From assembly GCA_963751445.1 (NCBI GenBank), contig CAVVUL010000011.1, forward strand, positions 289,023 to 353,022: a DNA stretch of 64,000 nucleotides, written 5' to 3'. Within the stretch, counting starts at the first letter, position 1; every line of letters starts with the position of its first letter. Origin of the DNA: an uncultured Acidobacteriota bacterium. GTDB lineage: Bacteria; Acidobacteriota; Vicinamibacteria; Vicinamibacterales; SCN-69-37. A program made the position numbers and the translations under genes. Shown in pieces: positions 10,137 to 20,792 of this stretch. The notes below the pieces were generated by a model, which was given only the letters and a program-made list of their open reading frames with translations, did not search any database and was not told the origin of the DNA.

Positions 10137-11066
10137 TCAGGACTTGATGATCTCTCTCACGATGGCTTGCGGCCTCTGGTTCACCGTGAGGAACATGCGG
10201 CCGATGTACTCGCCAATCAGGCCGAGGATCACGAGCTGCGTGCCGGAGAAGACGAGCAGCGCGGCCATCAGCCAGCCGAACCCGTAGCTGGGGCCGATGT
10301 TGCGCAGCCACAGCACGAACACCACCACGAGCGCGACCATGCCGGCGGCCGCCAGAATCAGGCCCAGCACGGTCGCGATGCGCAGCGGCAGCAGCGAGAA
10401 GTTGATCCACGCGCTCAGCCAGAGGCGGATCAGCCGTCGCAAGGTATACGTGCTTTGCCCCGCGCGCCGAGCCTCGTGCCGCACCTCGATCGATCCGATG
10501 CGCTGCGTGACCTGCAGGATCAGGCCGTCGATATAGGGGTACGGACCGGCGTAGCGCACGACTTCATCCGCGATGAATTTCGTCACGCACCGAAAGCTCG
10601 ACAGGTAGAAGCCGTGCGGCTTGTCAAGCGCCCAGTCGGTCATGCGATTCGTGAAACGGCTGCCCAGATTCCGGAAGAAGGAGTGCCGCTTCTCCTTGTA
10701 GTGCCCGAAGATGACATCGAGTCCGGTCCGCTTCGCCTCCAGCCACAGCCGGGCCGCCTCGGCCGGCGGGTTCTGTCCGTCGTCGTCCAAATTGACGATG
10801 TGCGCGCCGCGGGCGTGACGCCAGCCGGTGAGCACGGCGTTGTGCTCGCCATAGTTCCGGGCGTGTTCGATCAGGGTGATCGGCACGCGCGCCCCGGCCA
10901 CCAGATCTCGGCAGACCTCGCTCGTGCGATCCTCGCTGCCATCGTTGACGAGGATAATCTCGTGGCCGCCCTCGATCGTGAGGGCCTCGATGTCCTTCAC
11001 CACCGCGCCAATCGTCTCGGCGCTCCGGTAGAGGGGAATGACGAAGCTCAGCGCCAGGTCGGCCAT
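10137..11066 (-). CDS. Family 2 glycosyltransferase (polyprenyl-phosphate sugar transferase type, with C-terminal TM helices)
   Basis: Intact 309 aa: SFVIPLYRSAETI..ILVNDGSEDRT..NLDDDGQNPP (DxD-like), followed by two C-terminal TM helices, as in ArnC/DPM-type GT2 enzymes. Confidence 0.85.
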   Translation of the reverse strand: MADLALSFVIPLYRSAETIGAVVKDIEALTIEGGHEIILVNDGSEDRTSEVCRDLVAGARVPITLIEHARNYGEHNAVLTGWRHARGAHIVNLDDDGQNPPAEAARLWLEAKRTGLDVIFGHYKEKRHSFFRNLGSRFTNRMTDWALDKPHGFYLSSFRCVTKFIADEVVRYAGPYPYIDGLILQVTQRIGSIEVRHEARRAGQSTYTLRRLIRLWLSAWINFSLLPLRIATVLGLILAAAGMVALVVVFVLWLRNIGPSYGFGWLMAALLVFSGTQLVILGLIGEYIGRMFLTVNQRPQAIVREIIKS

Positions 11067-11088
11067 GGACGGCTCATCATAACTGCGA

Positions 11089-11115
11089 ACTTCGAAGTTC
11101 GAACTTCGGAGTTCA
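11089..11115. repeat. Two adjacent 14-nt palindromes GAACTTCGAAGTTC / GAACTTCGGAGTTC
   Basis: Read directly in the 46-nt spacer between the GH127 stop (11113-11115) and the GT2 start (11066). Confidence 0.6.
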
Positions 11116-13602
11116 CTTTGCTTTCCACTCCTGTATTCCCGCCGACCAGCCAGACTGCATCTTCAACTCGATGCGGAGCGCGGTCGTCGTCACCGGCGCG
11201 AAGGACACGACGTTGTACTTGTTGCGCTCGGCCCCGTACGGGCCCGCGGCCTGGACGGGCTTCCACGCGTCGCCGTCCTTGTAGAGCAGCCGCCACGTTT
11301 CCGGCACCCGGACCTCGCCGCGGCCGGTGTCGTCGAACCAGTAGACCTGGACCTCCGAGACCGCCGACGCCTTCGGGAACGCCATGTCCACGGTTTCGCT
11401 CGATCCCTTGAGCGGCCACCAGTCGAAGTACGCCGACGAGTCGGCCGAGTTGCGCGGGTCCTCGCCGTTGTTGATCATCGACGGGCTGAGCCTGTATTTG
11501 CCCGACACGGTGACCGTGCTCAGCATCGCGAGCGTCGGAAACGGCCTGGCCCAGGCGGACTTCTCGGTCCTCGGCAGCCACACCATCATCTCGCCACGGC
11601 CGCGGTTGGCCCACGCGTAGTACGGAATGGCGGTGAAGGGTCCGGTCTTCTTCAACACGCCGCCCTTGCCGTCATCTTCCAGCCACGTCGCGGTGCTCGT
11701 CACGACGGTGACGCCGTTCAGGAAGCCGGCCCGATGCTCCGACTTGAGCGGCGTGTCGTCCGCGAGCACGAGGTTGCGCACCTGGCCGTTGGGGTTGTCC
11801 GGCCACTCGGCGGCGTACACGATCGGTCCGCGCTGGATGGCCACGCGGCCGGCGTCAGCGGCCACCTGGTCGTGCGCCACCACCCGGCGCGGCGCCATGG
11901 GCAACTGGAGATCGATCGTATCGCCGGCTTTCCAGGCCCGCGTCACGGGCACGTAGCCCTTCGACGACAACGGATCGAGGATCGCGCTCCCGTTCACCCT
12001 GATGACGGCCGGCGCCGCCAGCGGATCGAGGAAGCGATACAGGTCACCCGGCACGACCTGGTTGCGCGCCCAGCCGGGGATGCGCACGTGGATCGTGAAT
12101 GTGCCGGCCCGGTCCGGCGCAACGGTCAGCCTGACCGCGCCGTCCCACGGATAGGTCGTTGCCTGTGTCAGCGTGACCTTCGCGCCATTGTCGAGCGTGA
12201 CCACGGCCGTGCCGGCTGCGAACAGGTTGACGAAGATCGCCTGGCCCTGCTTTGCGTACATGTAGCCCGGCACGGACGGCATGAACCGCGTGATGTTGCT
12301 CGGACAGCAGGCCACGCCGAACCACGCCTGCCGCGCGTGCTGGCCGCGCGACTCCAGGGGATTCGGATAGAAGAACGTCTTGCCGTCGAGCGCCACGCCG
12401 GAGATCAGGCCGTTGAAGAGCGTCCGCTCCATGACGTCCACGTACTTCGCGTCGCCCGTGAGGAGGAACATGCGCTCGTTCCAGAAGTCGTGGCCGACCG
12501 ACGCGCACGTTTCGTTGTACGCCGTCATGTTCGGGAGTTCGTACGGCCGGCCGAAGGCCTCGCCGCTTCCCGACGCGCCGATGCCGCCGGTGATGTAGAG
12601 CTTCTTGCCGACGATGTCCGTCCAGATGGCGTCGAGCGCCTTGACGTAGGCCGCATCGCCGGTCAGCGCCGCGACGTCGGCCATGCCGGAATACATGTAG
12701 GTCGCGCGCACCGCGTGCCCCACCGCCTCGGTCTGATCGATGACCGGCGCAAACGACTGGTTGTACGTCGCGGGATGATTGCTCGACGCCGGCGCGTCCG
12801 GCTTGCGCGAATCGAGCAGGAACTTCGACAGGTCCAGGTACGCGCCCTGGCCCGTCACGCGATACAGGCGCACGAGCGCCATCTCCGTAATCTGATGCCC
12901 CGGCCAGATCGCGCGCTTGCCCGGACCAAACGTGTCGACGAGCAGATCGGCAAAGCGCGTGGCCACGGTGAGCAGTGTCCGCTTGCCGGTGGCCTGATAG
13001 TGCGCGACCGCCGCCTCCGTCAGGTGGCCGAAGTTGTACAGCTCGTGGCTATCGACCTTTTCCAGTTCCCACCGCTGCTTGCCCGCCCACGCATGCGGCG
13101 CGGCCGGGTTGATCGTGCGCGTCGTGTACAGGTAGCCGTCCTTCTCCTGCGCCGCGGCAATCTGCGCGATGTAGCCGTCCACCTTCGCCTCGAGCGCCGG
13201 ATCGGGGCGCACCGCCAGCGTGTAGCTCGCGCCCTCAATGACCTTGTACAGATCGGTATCATCGAACGGATAGCCGGGCGCCTTCAGGCTGGCCGGGGTC
13301 TCACCGCGCAGCACCTGCGCCGCGCGGATGAAATTGTCGACGCGGCCCGTGGCCTCGCACTGATCGAAGGCCGTCTGGATCGAGGCCTGCCGGTTGATCT
13401 CGATCTTCGGCGCCCAGAATTGATCCGTGAGGTGCACGGCCTCGAAGGACACCGGCTGTACCGGGTAGTCCCGATCGAGCCGCGCCGCGCCCTGCACCGG
13501 CGCCGGCCGCGCCGGCGTGGCCTGCCGGTACGCCGACAGCGCGACCCCGGCCGCAACGACCGCCAACGAGAACACTGCCGTCGTAATGATCTTCTTCATC
13601 AT
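11113..13602 (-). CDS. GH127 beta-L-arabinofuranosidase (DUF1680 family), secreted
   Basis: Intact 829 aa. Signal peptide [21 protein letters not shown]; ..[17 protein letters not shown].., ..[25 protein letters not shown].., ..[12 protein letters not shown].. match the HypBA1-type Cys-rich active-site region as I remember it. Confidence 0.85.
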   Translation of the reverse strand: MMKKIITTAVFSLAVVAAGVALSAYRQATPARPAPVQGAARLDRDYPVQPVSFEAVHLTDQFWAPKIEINRQASIQTAFDQCEATGRVDNFIRAAQVLRGETPASLKAPGYPFDDTDLYKVIEGASYTLAVRPDPALEAKVDGYIAQIAAAQEKDGYLYTTRTINPAAPHAWAGKQRWELEKVDSHELYNFGHLTEAAVAHYQATGKRTLLTVATRFADLLVDTFGPGKRAIWPGHQITEMALVRLYRVTGQGAYLDLSKFLLDSRKPDAPASSNHPATYNQSFAPVIDQTEAVGHAVRATYMYSGMADVAALTGDAAYVKALDAIWTDIVGKKLYITGGIGASGSGEAFGRPYELPNMTAYNETCASVGHDFWNERMFLLTGDAKYVDVMERTLFNGLISGVALDGKTFFYPNPLESRGQHARQAWFGVACCPSNITRFMPSVPGYMYAKQGQAIFVNLFAAGTAVVTLDNGAKVTLTQATTYPWDGAVRLTVAPDRAGTFTIHVRIPGWARNQVVPGDLYRFLDPLAAPAVIRVNGSAILDPLSSKGYVPVTRAWKAGDTIDLQLPMAPRRVVAHDQVAADAGRVAIQRGPIVYAAEWPDNPNGQVRNLVLADDTPLKSEHRAGFLNGVTVVTSTATWLEDDGKGGVLKKTGPFTAIPYYAWANRGRGEMMVWLPRTEKSAWARPFPTLAMLSTVTVSGKYRLSPSMINNGEDPRNSADSSAYFDWWPLKGSSETVDMAFPKASAVSEVQVYWFDDTGRGEVRVPETWRLLYKDGDAWKPVQAAGPYGAERNKYNVVSFAPVTTTALRIELKMQSGWSAGIQEWKAK

Positions 13603-13623
13603 GGTTCATCTGCCTTGCCCGGC

Positions 13624-14599
13624 CTATCGACCCTGGACTCCACTGGTGCGACGCGTGAGCACCTGATCCATGACGACGATGCCGATGACGACGACGCCGA
13701 CGATCAAGCGGTCGTAGAACGTGGCGCCGGGAATCTGCGGCAGCGCGTTGCGCAACACGCCGAAGATCAGCGCGCCCAGCACGGCGCCGGCCACCGACCC
13801 GCGCCCGCCCACCAGGCTCGCGCCGCCCACGACCGCGGACGCGATGATATCCAGCTCGTAGCCGGTCGCCAGATCCGCCTTCCCCTGGCCTTGCACCACG
13901 GCCAGGACCACGCCGGACACCGCCGCCAGCAGTCCCGACAGGACGTAGGCCGAGGTCTTGATGCGATTCACCGGGACGCCGGAGAACAGCGCGGCCGTCT
14001 CGTTGCCGCCCACGGCGCACACGCTGCGGCCCCACTGATAGCCGGTCATCAGCCGCTGGAACACGATGGCCAGCACGATCATGACCATGGGGCCCCAGCC
14101 AGTCGATCGAGATACCCGCCACGTGCCAGTCTCGCGGCAGCTTCGCCGACAGGTCGTAGAACCGCGCCTGCGTGATGATGAACGCCGAGCCGCGCAGGAT
14201 GCCCATCACGCCCAGCGTCGCGATGAACGGCGGCAACTGCACGCGGACGATGAGCCACGAGGAGAACAATCCGGCCAGTGCGCCGATCGCCAGGCCGACC
14301 GTCGCGCCCGCCCATAGCGGCCAGCCCGCTTCGACGAACAGATAGCCCGTGATGACCGTCGTCAGCGCGATGATCGCGCCGGGCGCGAGGTCGATGCCGC
14401 CGGAAATGATCACGACGGCCGCCCCGATCGCGGCGATGCCGTAGATCGAGGAGTACTTGAAGATCAAAAGGCAGTTGTTGAAGTTGAGAAACGGATGCGA
14501 CCGGCCCGCCTCGGGCCAGAGGTACCAGGCGAAGAACAGCACCTCGACCAGCAGAATCGCGACGGTGCTGAACTCGCGCGCGCGCCAGAGTGCCTTCAT
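13624..14599 (-). pseudogene. Sugar ABC transporter permease (RbsC/XylH-like), one frameshift near ~14090
   Basis: The N-terminal half [38 protein letters not shown].. is embedded in the chimeric ORF 13301..16105. The C-terminal half is ORF 13624..14088 (..[30 protein letters not shown]..). The ATG overlaps the ATPase stop (ATGA at 14599-14596). Confidence 0.8.
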
Positions 14600-16105
14600 G
14601 CCTGCACCGCCACCTCGTGTGTCGCCAATTGCATGACGGCTTCCTCCGTCGCAGATGCGGCGTCCATTTCGCCGCGCAGATGCCCTTCCCGCATGACCAC
14701 GATGCGGTCCACCAGCGCCAGCACCTCGGGCAAATCGCTCGAGACGACCAGGCACGCCATGCCTGCGGCCGCCCGCTCGCGGATCAGGTTGTGGATTTCG
14801 AACTTCGCGCCGACGTCCACGCCCTTCGTCGGTTCGTCGAGCAGCAGCACTCGCGGCTCGGTGGCCAGCCACTTGGCCGCCACGACCTTCTGCTGGTTGC
14901 CGCCGCTCAGCGATTCCGGCATGTCCGTGACCGAGCCGGTGCGAATCGCCAGACTCGAGACCTGCGACTCCGCCATCCGCACTTCCCGACCGCCATCGAT
15001 GGGCCCCAGCCCTTGCCGGGCGGCGGACGGCAGCGCCATGTTGTGCCGAATCGACAGATTGAAGTGCAGACCGAGCCGCTGCCGATCTTCGGGCACGAGC
15101 GCAAGGCCGGCTCGCGACGCATCCCGCGCGGATCGGAACGCGACCTCCCGTCCGTCGACCCACACCCGGCCGGCCGTGCGGGGCGCCAATCCGAACACCG
15201 TTTCCAGCAGCTCCGTGCGGCCCGAACCGACGAGGCCGAACACGCCCACGATCTCGCCGGCGCGCACGTCGAGCGAGACGTCGCGGAACCAGGGCTCCCG
15301 CGACAACCCCTGCACCGACAGCGCCGGCGCGGCGCCCGTGACGGCCGCCGGCCGTTGGACGCGCGCGGGCGGCTCGCGCCCCACCATCGCGCGCACAATC
15401 GTCTCCGGCGTCGTCGTGGCGCGCGCGTAGGTGCCGACGAAGCCGCCGTCGCGCAGCACGGTGATGCGATCGCACAAGCGAAAGACCTCGGGCAGGCGGT
15501 GCGAGACGAAGAGCAGGGTCACGCCGCGCTGCCGGAGTTCCTGCAGGATCCGGAACAGGTGCTCCACCTCCGCGTCGGTCAGCGACGTGGTCGGCTCGTC
15601 GAGCACGAGGACGCGGCAGTCGAACGCCAGCGCGCGCGCCACCTGGACCAGTTGCGCCGTCGCCGCCGAGGCATGCTCCATCGGCAGATCGGGATCGATG
15701 GCCAGGCGGAGGCCGTCGAGCAGCACCCGCGTGCGATCGCGCATCGCGCGCTCGTCGAGGCGGCCGCCGGCCCTGGTGATTTCCCGGCCGGCGAAAATAT
15801 TGCCGGCCACCGTCAGGTTGGGAAACGCCAGGCGTTCCTGGAACACCATGCCGATGCCGCCGGCCAGCGCCTCGCGCGGGCTGGCGTGGTCGAACGGCTG
15901 GCCGTTCAGCCGCACCTCGCCCGCGATCGGGGCGCGTGATGCCCGCGAGAATCTTCAGCAGCGTGGACTTGCCGGCGCCGTTTTCTCCGACGACCGCATG
16001 CGCTTCCCCGCTGGCCACACCGAACGAGATGCCGCGCAGCGCGCGCACCGCGCCGAACGACTTGTGCACGTCGCGGAACTCGAGCGCGCCCAGGTCAGCC
16101 GCCAA
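14596..16105 (-). pseudogene. Sugar ABC transporter ATP-binding protein with duplicated ATPase domains (RbsA/XylG-like), one frameshift near ~15930
   Basis: The N-terminus (TTG start) [55 protein letters not shown] lies in ORF 13301..16105. The rest lies in ORF 14596..15915, with a second Walker [11 protein letters not shown], signature LSGGNQQKV and [11 protein letters not shown]. Confidence 0.85.
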
Positions 16106-16964
16106 AGCGGTTCACCTTCTTGCCGCGCATGCCGGGCCGCACGCGGAACAGACCGCCGGCCAACGGCTGATCCGCCCGCGCGGTCTTGTCCAGTCCGATC
16201 CACGCGGTCGTGATGTACAAGTCAGTCAGGTCGGGCCCGCCGAACGCGCACTTGGTCGTCTGCGCCGCCGGCACCGGGATGATCAGATCGAGCCGGCCGT
16301 CCGGCGCATAGCGATGCACCGATCCGCCCTCCCATAACCCGACCCACACGAAGCCGTCGGCATCGACGATGAGGCCGTCGGGATAACCGATGTCGAGGGG
16401 AAACTCCATGAACGGGCGCCGGTTGGTGATCGTGCCCATGGTGGGCTCGAAGTCGAACATGTCCACGCGGCTGAGCGCGAGGTCGGTGAAGTAGAACGTG
16501 CGGCCGTCGGGACTCCAGTCCAGGCCGTTCGACACCGTCACCTTCGTCAGCACGCGGCGTACGCTGCCGTCCGGATCGAGCCGGTACAGCGATCCGCGTT
16601 CACGCACACCGCCCATGCCCATCGTGCCGGCCCACAGGCGTCCGCGTGCATCCACATAGCCGTCGTTCATGCGGTTGTTCGGCTGGTCCGCTTCAACCGC
16701 GGCCACGAGCGACTGGCGGCCGGTCTTGGGATCGACCCGATAGAACCCCCCGGCCGCGCCGGCGATCCAATCGCCCCGCTCGGACAGCGCCACGCAGCCG
16801 ACCGGACGGCCGACCTCCACGGTGCGGTCCTGGCCGGTGGCCGGATCGAATTCGTGAATGTGGCCTTTCATGATGTCGACGAACACCAGCCGCTGGCGCC
16901 GGTCGTCCCAAATCGGTCCTTCACCCAGTTCGCATTTGGCGTCGAGCACCAGGTCGCAGGTCAC
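16095..16964 (-). CDS. SMP-30/gluconolactonase/LRE-family sugar lactonase
   Basis: C-terminal 290 aa of ORF 16095..17243: ..[59 protein letters not shown]... The likely GTG start at 16964 forms a GTGA overlap with the upstream stop; an alternative GTG lies at 16976. Confidence 0.8.
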   Translation of the reverse strand: MTCDLVLDAKCELGEGPIWDDRRQRLVFVDIMKGHIHEFDPATGQDRTVEVGRPVGCVALSERGDWIAGAAGGFYRVDPKTGRQSLVAAVEADQPNNRMNDGYVDARGRLWAGTMGMGGVRERGSLYRLDPDGSVRRVLTKVTVSNGLDWSPDGRTFYFTDLALSRVDMFDFEPTMGTITNRRPFMEFPLDIGYPDGLIVDADGFVWVGLWEGGSVHRYAPDGRLDLIIPVPAAQTTKCAFGGPDLTDLYITTAWIGLDKTARADQPLAGGLFRVRPGMRGKKVNRFGG

Positions 16965-18493
16965 CGTGACTCCCACCGTCCATCGCGCTGGCGCGGAATG
17001 CCGAGCGGATTGACCTCCTGCAGCTCCGGCGGCAGCAGGGCGTCCGGAACAGCCTGATACGCCACCGGCCGCAAGAATCGGCGAATCGCCGTCGCCCCGA
17101 CCGACGAGTGCAGGGACGACGTGCTCGCGGGATACGGGCCGCCATGGTTCATGGCCGCCACGACCGCGAGACCCGTCGGATAGCCGTTGTAGATGACGCG
17201 TCCGACTTTGGTCGCGACGATCGCGAGCAGCCGACGTGCCCACGCCTCGTCTCCGGCATCAGCGTGGAGCGTGGCCGTCAGCTGGCCGTCAAACCGGCTG
17301 GCGGCATCGGCCATGCGCGCCGCGTCGGTCCGGACGATGATCGCCACGGGGCCGAAGTGCTCGAGTCGGAGCGCCGCGTGCGCGAAGAACGTGCGCTCGT
17401 CGGTCGTGAACAGGCGCGGCGCGACATGCACGCCGGCGGCGGGCACCGGGCACGGCTCGGCGATGGCGCGGACGCCGGGGACCGCGGCCGTGTTGGCCAT
17501 CTTCGTGACCAGCGTGTCGCGCAAACCGGCGTTCAGCAGCACGCTGGCGTCCTGCGTCGCGATGCGCGCCGCCATCGCGCGGACCAGGACATCGCCCGCC
17601 GCGCCAGTGGGCACGAACACCACGCCCGGCTTCGTGCAGAACTGGCCGAAGCCCATCGTCATCGACCCCACGTAGCCATCGGCGATCGCGTCCGGCCGCG
17701 CCTGGGCGGCCGCCTCGCCGATGAACAGCGGATTGATGCTGCCGAGCTCGCCGTAGAACGGGATCGGCTCGGGCCGGGCCGCGGCGACGTCGTACAAAAG
17801 ACGGCCGACGGCCTGCGATCCGGTGAAACCGATGGCGGCGATCTCGGGGGCGCTGACGACCGCGCGTGACACGGCCGGCTCGCCGCTCTGCAAGAGCGAC
17901 AGGATTTCTTGCGGCGCGCCGGTCGCGGCGACGGCCTCGGCAAACGCGCGCGCCGCCATGGCGGACGTACGCGGATGCGACGGATGTCCTTTGACGACGA
18001 CCGGGCAGCCGGCCGCGAGGGCGCTGGCGGTGTCGCCGCCGAGCACGCCGTAGGCGACCGGGAAGTTGCTGGGCGAAAAGACGCCGACCGGGCCGAGCGG
18101 CACGAGCATGCGGCGCAGGTCCGGGCGCGGCGGCCGGGCGTCCGGACCCGCGGATGTCAGGATCGCCTCCACGTGGGCGCCCTGCTCGATCACGCCCGCG
18201 AACGCCCGGAGTTGCAGGAGCGTCCGATCGAGTTCGCCCTGAAAGCGCGGTTCCCCCAGTCCCGTTTCGAAGTCGGCAACGCGGACGATTTCGGGCCGGA
18301 TCGCCTCGAGCGCATCTGCGGCCGCCCGGAGCACGCGGGCGCGGTCGCGGGCAGGCGTCGCGGCCCACACCGGGGCGACGGCGCCAGCTCGGCGGGCCGC
18401 CGCGGCCACATCACCCAGCGAGCAGGCCGGCACGTCAGGGCCGTGCTCGCCGGTGCGAGGATTGATCGATGCCAATACCCCCACGCGCGACAT
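16961..18493 (-). CDS. NAD(P)-dependent aldehyde dehydrogenase, alpha-ketoglutaric semialdehyde (2,5-dioxovalerate) dehydrogenase-like
   Basis: ORF 16961..18748 with start at MSRVGVLASINPRTGE (ATG 18493). It has the ALDH core ..FSPSNFPVAYGVLGGDTASALAAGCPVVVKGHPSHP.., catalytic region ELGSINPLF and GFGQFCTKPG. Subfamily assignment rests on the KGSADH-like overall pattern and the operon context. Confidence 0.75.
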   Translation of the reverse strand: MSRVGVLASINPRTGEHGPDVPACSLGDVAAAARRAGAVAPVWAATPARDRARVLRAAADALEAIRPEIVRVADFETGLGEPRFQGELDRTLLQLRAFAGVIEQGAHVEAILTSAGPDARPPRPDLRRMLVPLGPVGVFSPSNFPVAYGVLGGDTASALAAGCPVVVKGHPSHPRTSAMAARAFAEAVAATGAPQEILSLLQSGEPAVSRAVVSAPEIAAIGFTGSQAVGRLLYDVAAARPEPIPFYGELGSINPLFIGEAAAQARPDAIADGYVGSMTMGFGQFCTKPGVVFVPTGAAGDVLVRAMAARIATQDASVLLNAGLRDTLVTKMANTAAVPGVRAIAEPCPVPAAGVHVAPRLFTTDERTFFAHAALRLEHFGPVAIIVRTDAARMADAASRFDGQLTATLHADAGDEAWARRLLAIVATKVGRVIYNGYPTGLAVVAAMNHGGPYPASTSSLHSSVGATAIRRFLRPVAYQAVPDALLPPELQEVNPLGIPRQRDGRWESR

Positions 18494-18545
18494 CGTAATA
18501 CGATATGCCCGTTCCGTTGCGCCCGAGACGCGCCTGAGGTCCCCT

Positions 18546-19720
18546 ATGTCATCCCGCCTGTCGACGTTGCCGAGAGTGATCGCCGTCACCGCCGCGCTTG
18601 CCGGCCTGGCGCTTGCCGCCGGATGCGGCCGTAGTGGATCATTGGCCCCGGAGCCGACGATCAAACCCCGACTCACCCAGGTGCCGTTCGAACGCACGCC
18701 GGACGGCCAGCTCGTGGACATCATCACGCTGCGCAACGGCAACGGCATCGAGATGACGGTCCTGACCTACGGCGGGGTCATCATGTCGCTCCGCACGCCG
18801 GATCGCACGGGCGCGCTCGACGACATCGTCCTGGGCTTCGACGACCTCAAGTCCTACATCGAGAAGTCGCCGTACTTCGGGTGCCTGATCGGCCGCTACG
18901 GCAACCGCATCGCCAAAGGCAAGTTCACGCTGGACGGCCAGGGCTACACGCTCGCGACCAACAACGGCGTCAACCACCTGCACGGCGGCGTGAAGGGCTG
19001 GGACAAGGCCGTCTGGGGCGTTCGACGCGTTTCAGCACGCCGACGGCGTCGGCGTCGTGCTGACCCACACCAGCAAGGACGGCGACGAGGGCTACCCGGG
19101 CACGGTGAAGGCCAAGAGTCACCTACACGCTCACCGAGAAGAACGAGCTGATTGTCGACTACGAGGCCACGACCGACAAGGCGACGGTCATCAATCTGAC
19201 GCAGCACAGCTACTTCAACCTGGCGGGCGCCAAGGCCAACGACATTCTCGGCCACGAATTGATGCTGAACGCGGCGCAGTACACGCCGGTGGACGACACG
19301 CTGATTCCGACCGGGCAGATCGCGCCGGTGGACGGCACGCCGTTCGATTTCCGGACGTCCACGGCGATTGGCGCGCGCATCAACGACAAGAACGAGCAGC
19401 TCACGCGCGGCAAGGGCTACGACCACAACTTCGTGCTGACGCGAACCGGCACAGGCCTGTCCGAAGCCGCGCGCGTCGTCGAGCCGATCACGGGGCGGAC
19501 GATGACGATCGCCACGACCGAGCCGGGGATTCAGTTCTACTCAGGCAATTTCCTCGACGGGACGCTGAAGGGCAAGGGTGGGCGCGTGTATCCGAACCGG
19601 TCCGGCTTCTGTCTGGAGACGCAGCACTACCCGGATTCCCCGAACCAGGCCAACTTCCCGACGACGACGCTGAAGCCCGGCGAGACCTACAAGACGCAGA
19701 CGGTGTTCACGTTTAAGTAG
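18546..19720 (+). pseudogene. galM: Aldose 1-epimerase (galactose mutarotase) lipoprotein, at least two frameshifts (~19020, ~19115)
   Basis: MSSRLSTLPRVIAVTAALAGLALAAGCG (lipobox) ..GNRIAKGKFTLDGQGYTLATNNGVNHLHGG lies in ORF 18453..19151. The middle piece ..[19 protein letters not shown].. lies in ORF 19057..19716. The C-terminus ..[13 protein letters not shown]...[36 protein letters not shown] lies in ORF 19259..19720. Confidence 0.85.
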
Positions 19721-19804
19721 GGGACGGGTCTCAACTGTGGAAAACTCTGTGGACTTTGTCGACAAAGTCCACAGAGTTTTCCGACAGTTCGAGACCCGTC
19801 CCCT
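19719..19804. repeat. ~86-bp palindromic element, copy 1 (probable bidirectional terminator / REP- or MITE-like element)
   Basis: AGGGGACGGGTCTCAACTGTGGAAAACTCTGTGGACTTTGTCGACAAAGTCCACAGAGTTTTCCGACAGTTCGAGACCCGTCCCCT. The arms are near-perfect complements centred on GTCGAC. It overlaps both convergent stop codons (galM TAG 19718-20; AKR stop 19803-05). Confidence 0.85.
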
Positions 19805-20792
19805 ACCACCGCTGGTGCACGTGCGGACGGATGAGACGGTCGTACACGTCGCGCGCGGCGGCCATCGTCGCCGCATCCAACGGCGGGAGCGCAGCGGCGG
19901 CGACATTATCCCGCACCTGAGCGGGCGTCTTCGCGCCGGGGATCGCGCACGTCACCTCGTCCCACATCAGGATCCATCGCAGCGCGAACTGGCCGAGCGT
20001 GGCACCGGCCGGCACGAGCGGCCGAAGCGCCTCGACCGCCGCCAGTCCCACGTCGTACGGCACACCTGAAAACGTCTCGCCTTGATCGAAGCGCTCGCCG
20101 TGCCGATTGAAATGACGGTGGTCGTCGGCGGCGAACGCCGACGATGCGGAGAGGCGGCCGGTCAGAAGCCCGCTGGCGAGCGGCACGCGAGCGATGATGC
20201 CGACACCGGCGCGCGCCGCCTCCGCAAACAGCGTCTCGGCCGGCTTGATCCGGAACAGATTGAAGATGATCTGGACCGACTGCACGTGTGGATGCCGCAG
20301 CGCCCGGCGGGCCTCATCCACGGTCTCGACGCTCACGCCATAGTGGCGCAGTTTCCCCGCCGTAACCAGATCGTCCAGCACCCCGAACACCTCAGGCCGG
20401 TCGTAGACGTCCGGGTGCGGGCAGTGGAGCTGGAGGAGGTCGATCGCGTCCGTGCGGAGGTTCTTGAGGCTCGCGTCAATCCAGACGTTCAAATTCTCGC
20501 GCGAATAACCGTCCGCGGCCTGGACCGGCAGCTTCCGCCCCGCTTTGGTGGCGACGTGAATCGTGTCGCGCGGACGCTCGCGGCGCAGGCGCGCGACGAG
20601 CCGTTCGCTGCGGCCGTCGCCGTACACGTCGGCCGTGTCGATGAAGTTGACGCCGGAGTCGATGGCCGCATGCAGCGCGCGCATCGACTCTTCGTCGTCC
20701 ACCGCGCCCCAGAAACCGCCGATCGCCCATGCGCCGAGGCTGATCGGCGAGACCAGCAGGCCGGTGCGGCCGAGCGGACGCCGATCGTTCAT
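19803..20792 (-). CDS. Aldo/keto reductase
   Basis: Start MNDRRPLGRTGLLVSPISLGAWAIGG..FIDTADVYGDGRSE..LLQLHCP..; a typical AKR (YghZ/Tas-like) pattern, intact at 329 aa. Its ATG overlaps the upstream stop (ATGA 20792-20789). Confidence 0.9.
   Translation of the reverse strand: MNDRRPLGRTGLLVSPISLGAWAIGGFWGAVDDEESMRALHAAIDSGVNFIDTADVYGDGRSERLVARLRRERPRDTIHVATKAGRKLPVQAADGYSRENLNVWIDASLKNLRTDAIDLLQLHCPHPDVYDRPEVFGVLDDLVTAGKLRHYGVSVETVDEARRALRHPHVQSVQIIFNLFRIKPAETLFAEAARAGVGIIARVPLASGLLTGRLSASSAFAADDHRHFNRHGERFDQGETFSGVPYDVGLAAVEALRPLVPAGATLGQFALRWILMWDEVTCAIPGAKTPAQVRDNVAAAALPPLDAATMAAARDVYDRLIRPHVHQRW

Noticed and set aside
13301-16105. A 934-aa minus-strand ORF that could be read as one large protein
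   Set aside because: It is a chimera. Only its first ~55 residues (ABC ATPase N-terminus) and an internal ~170-residue block (permease N-terminal half) are sensible. The rest is an out-of-frame read-through produced by the frameshifts.
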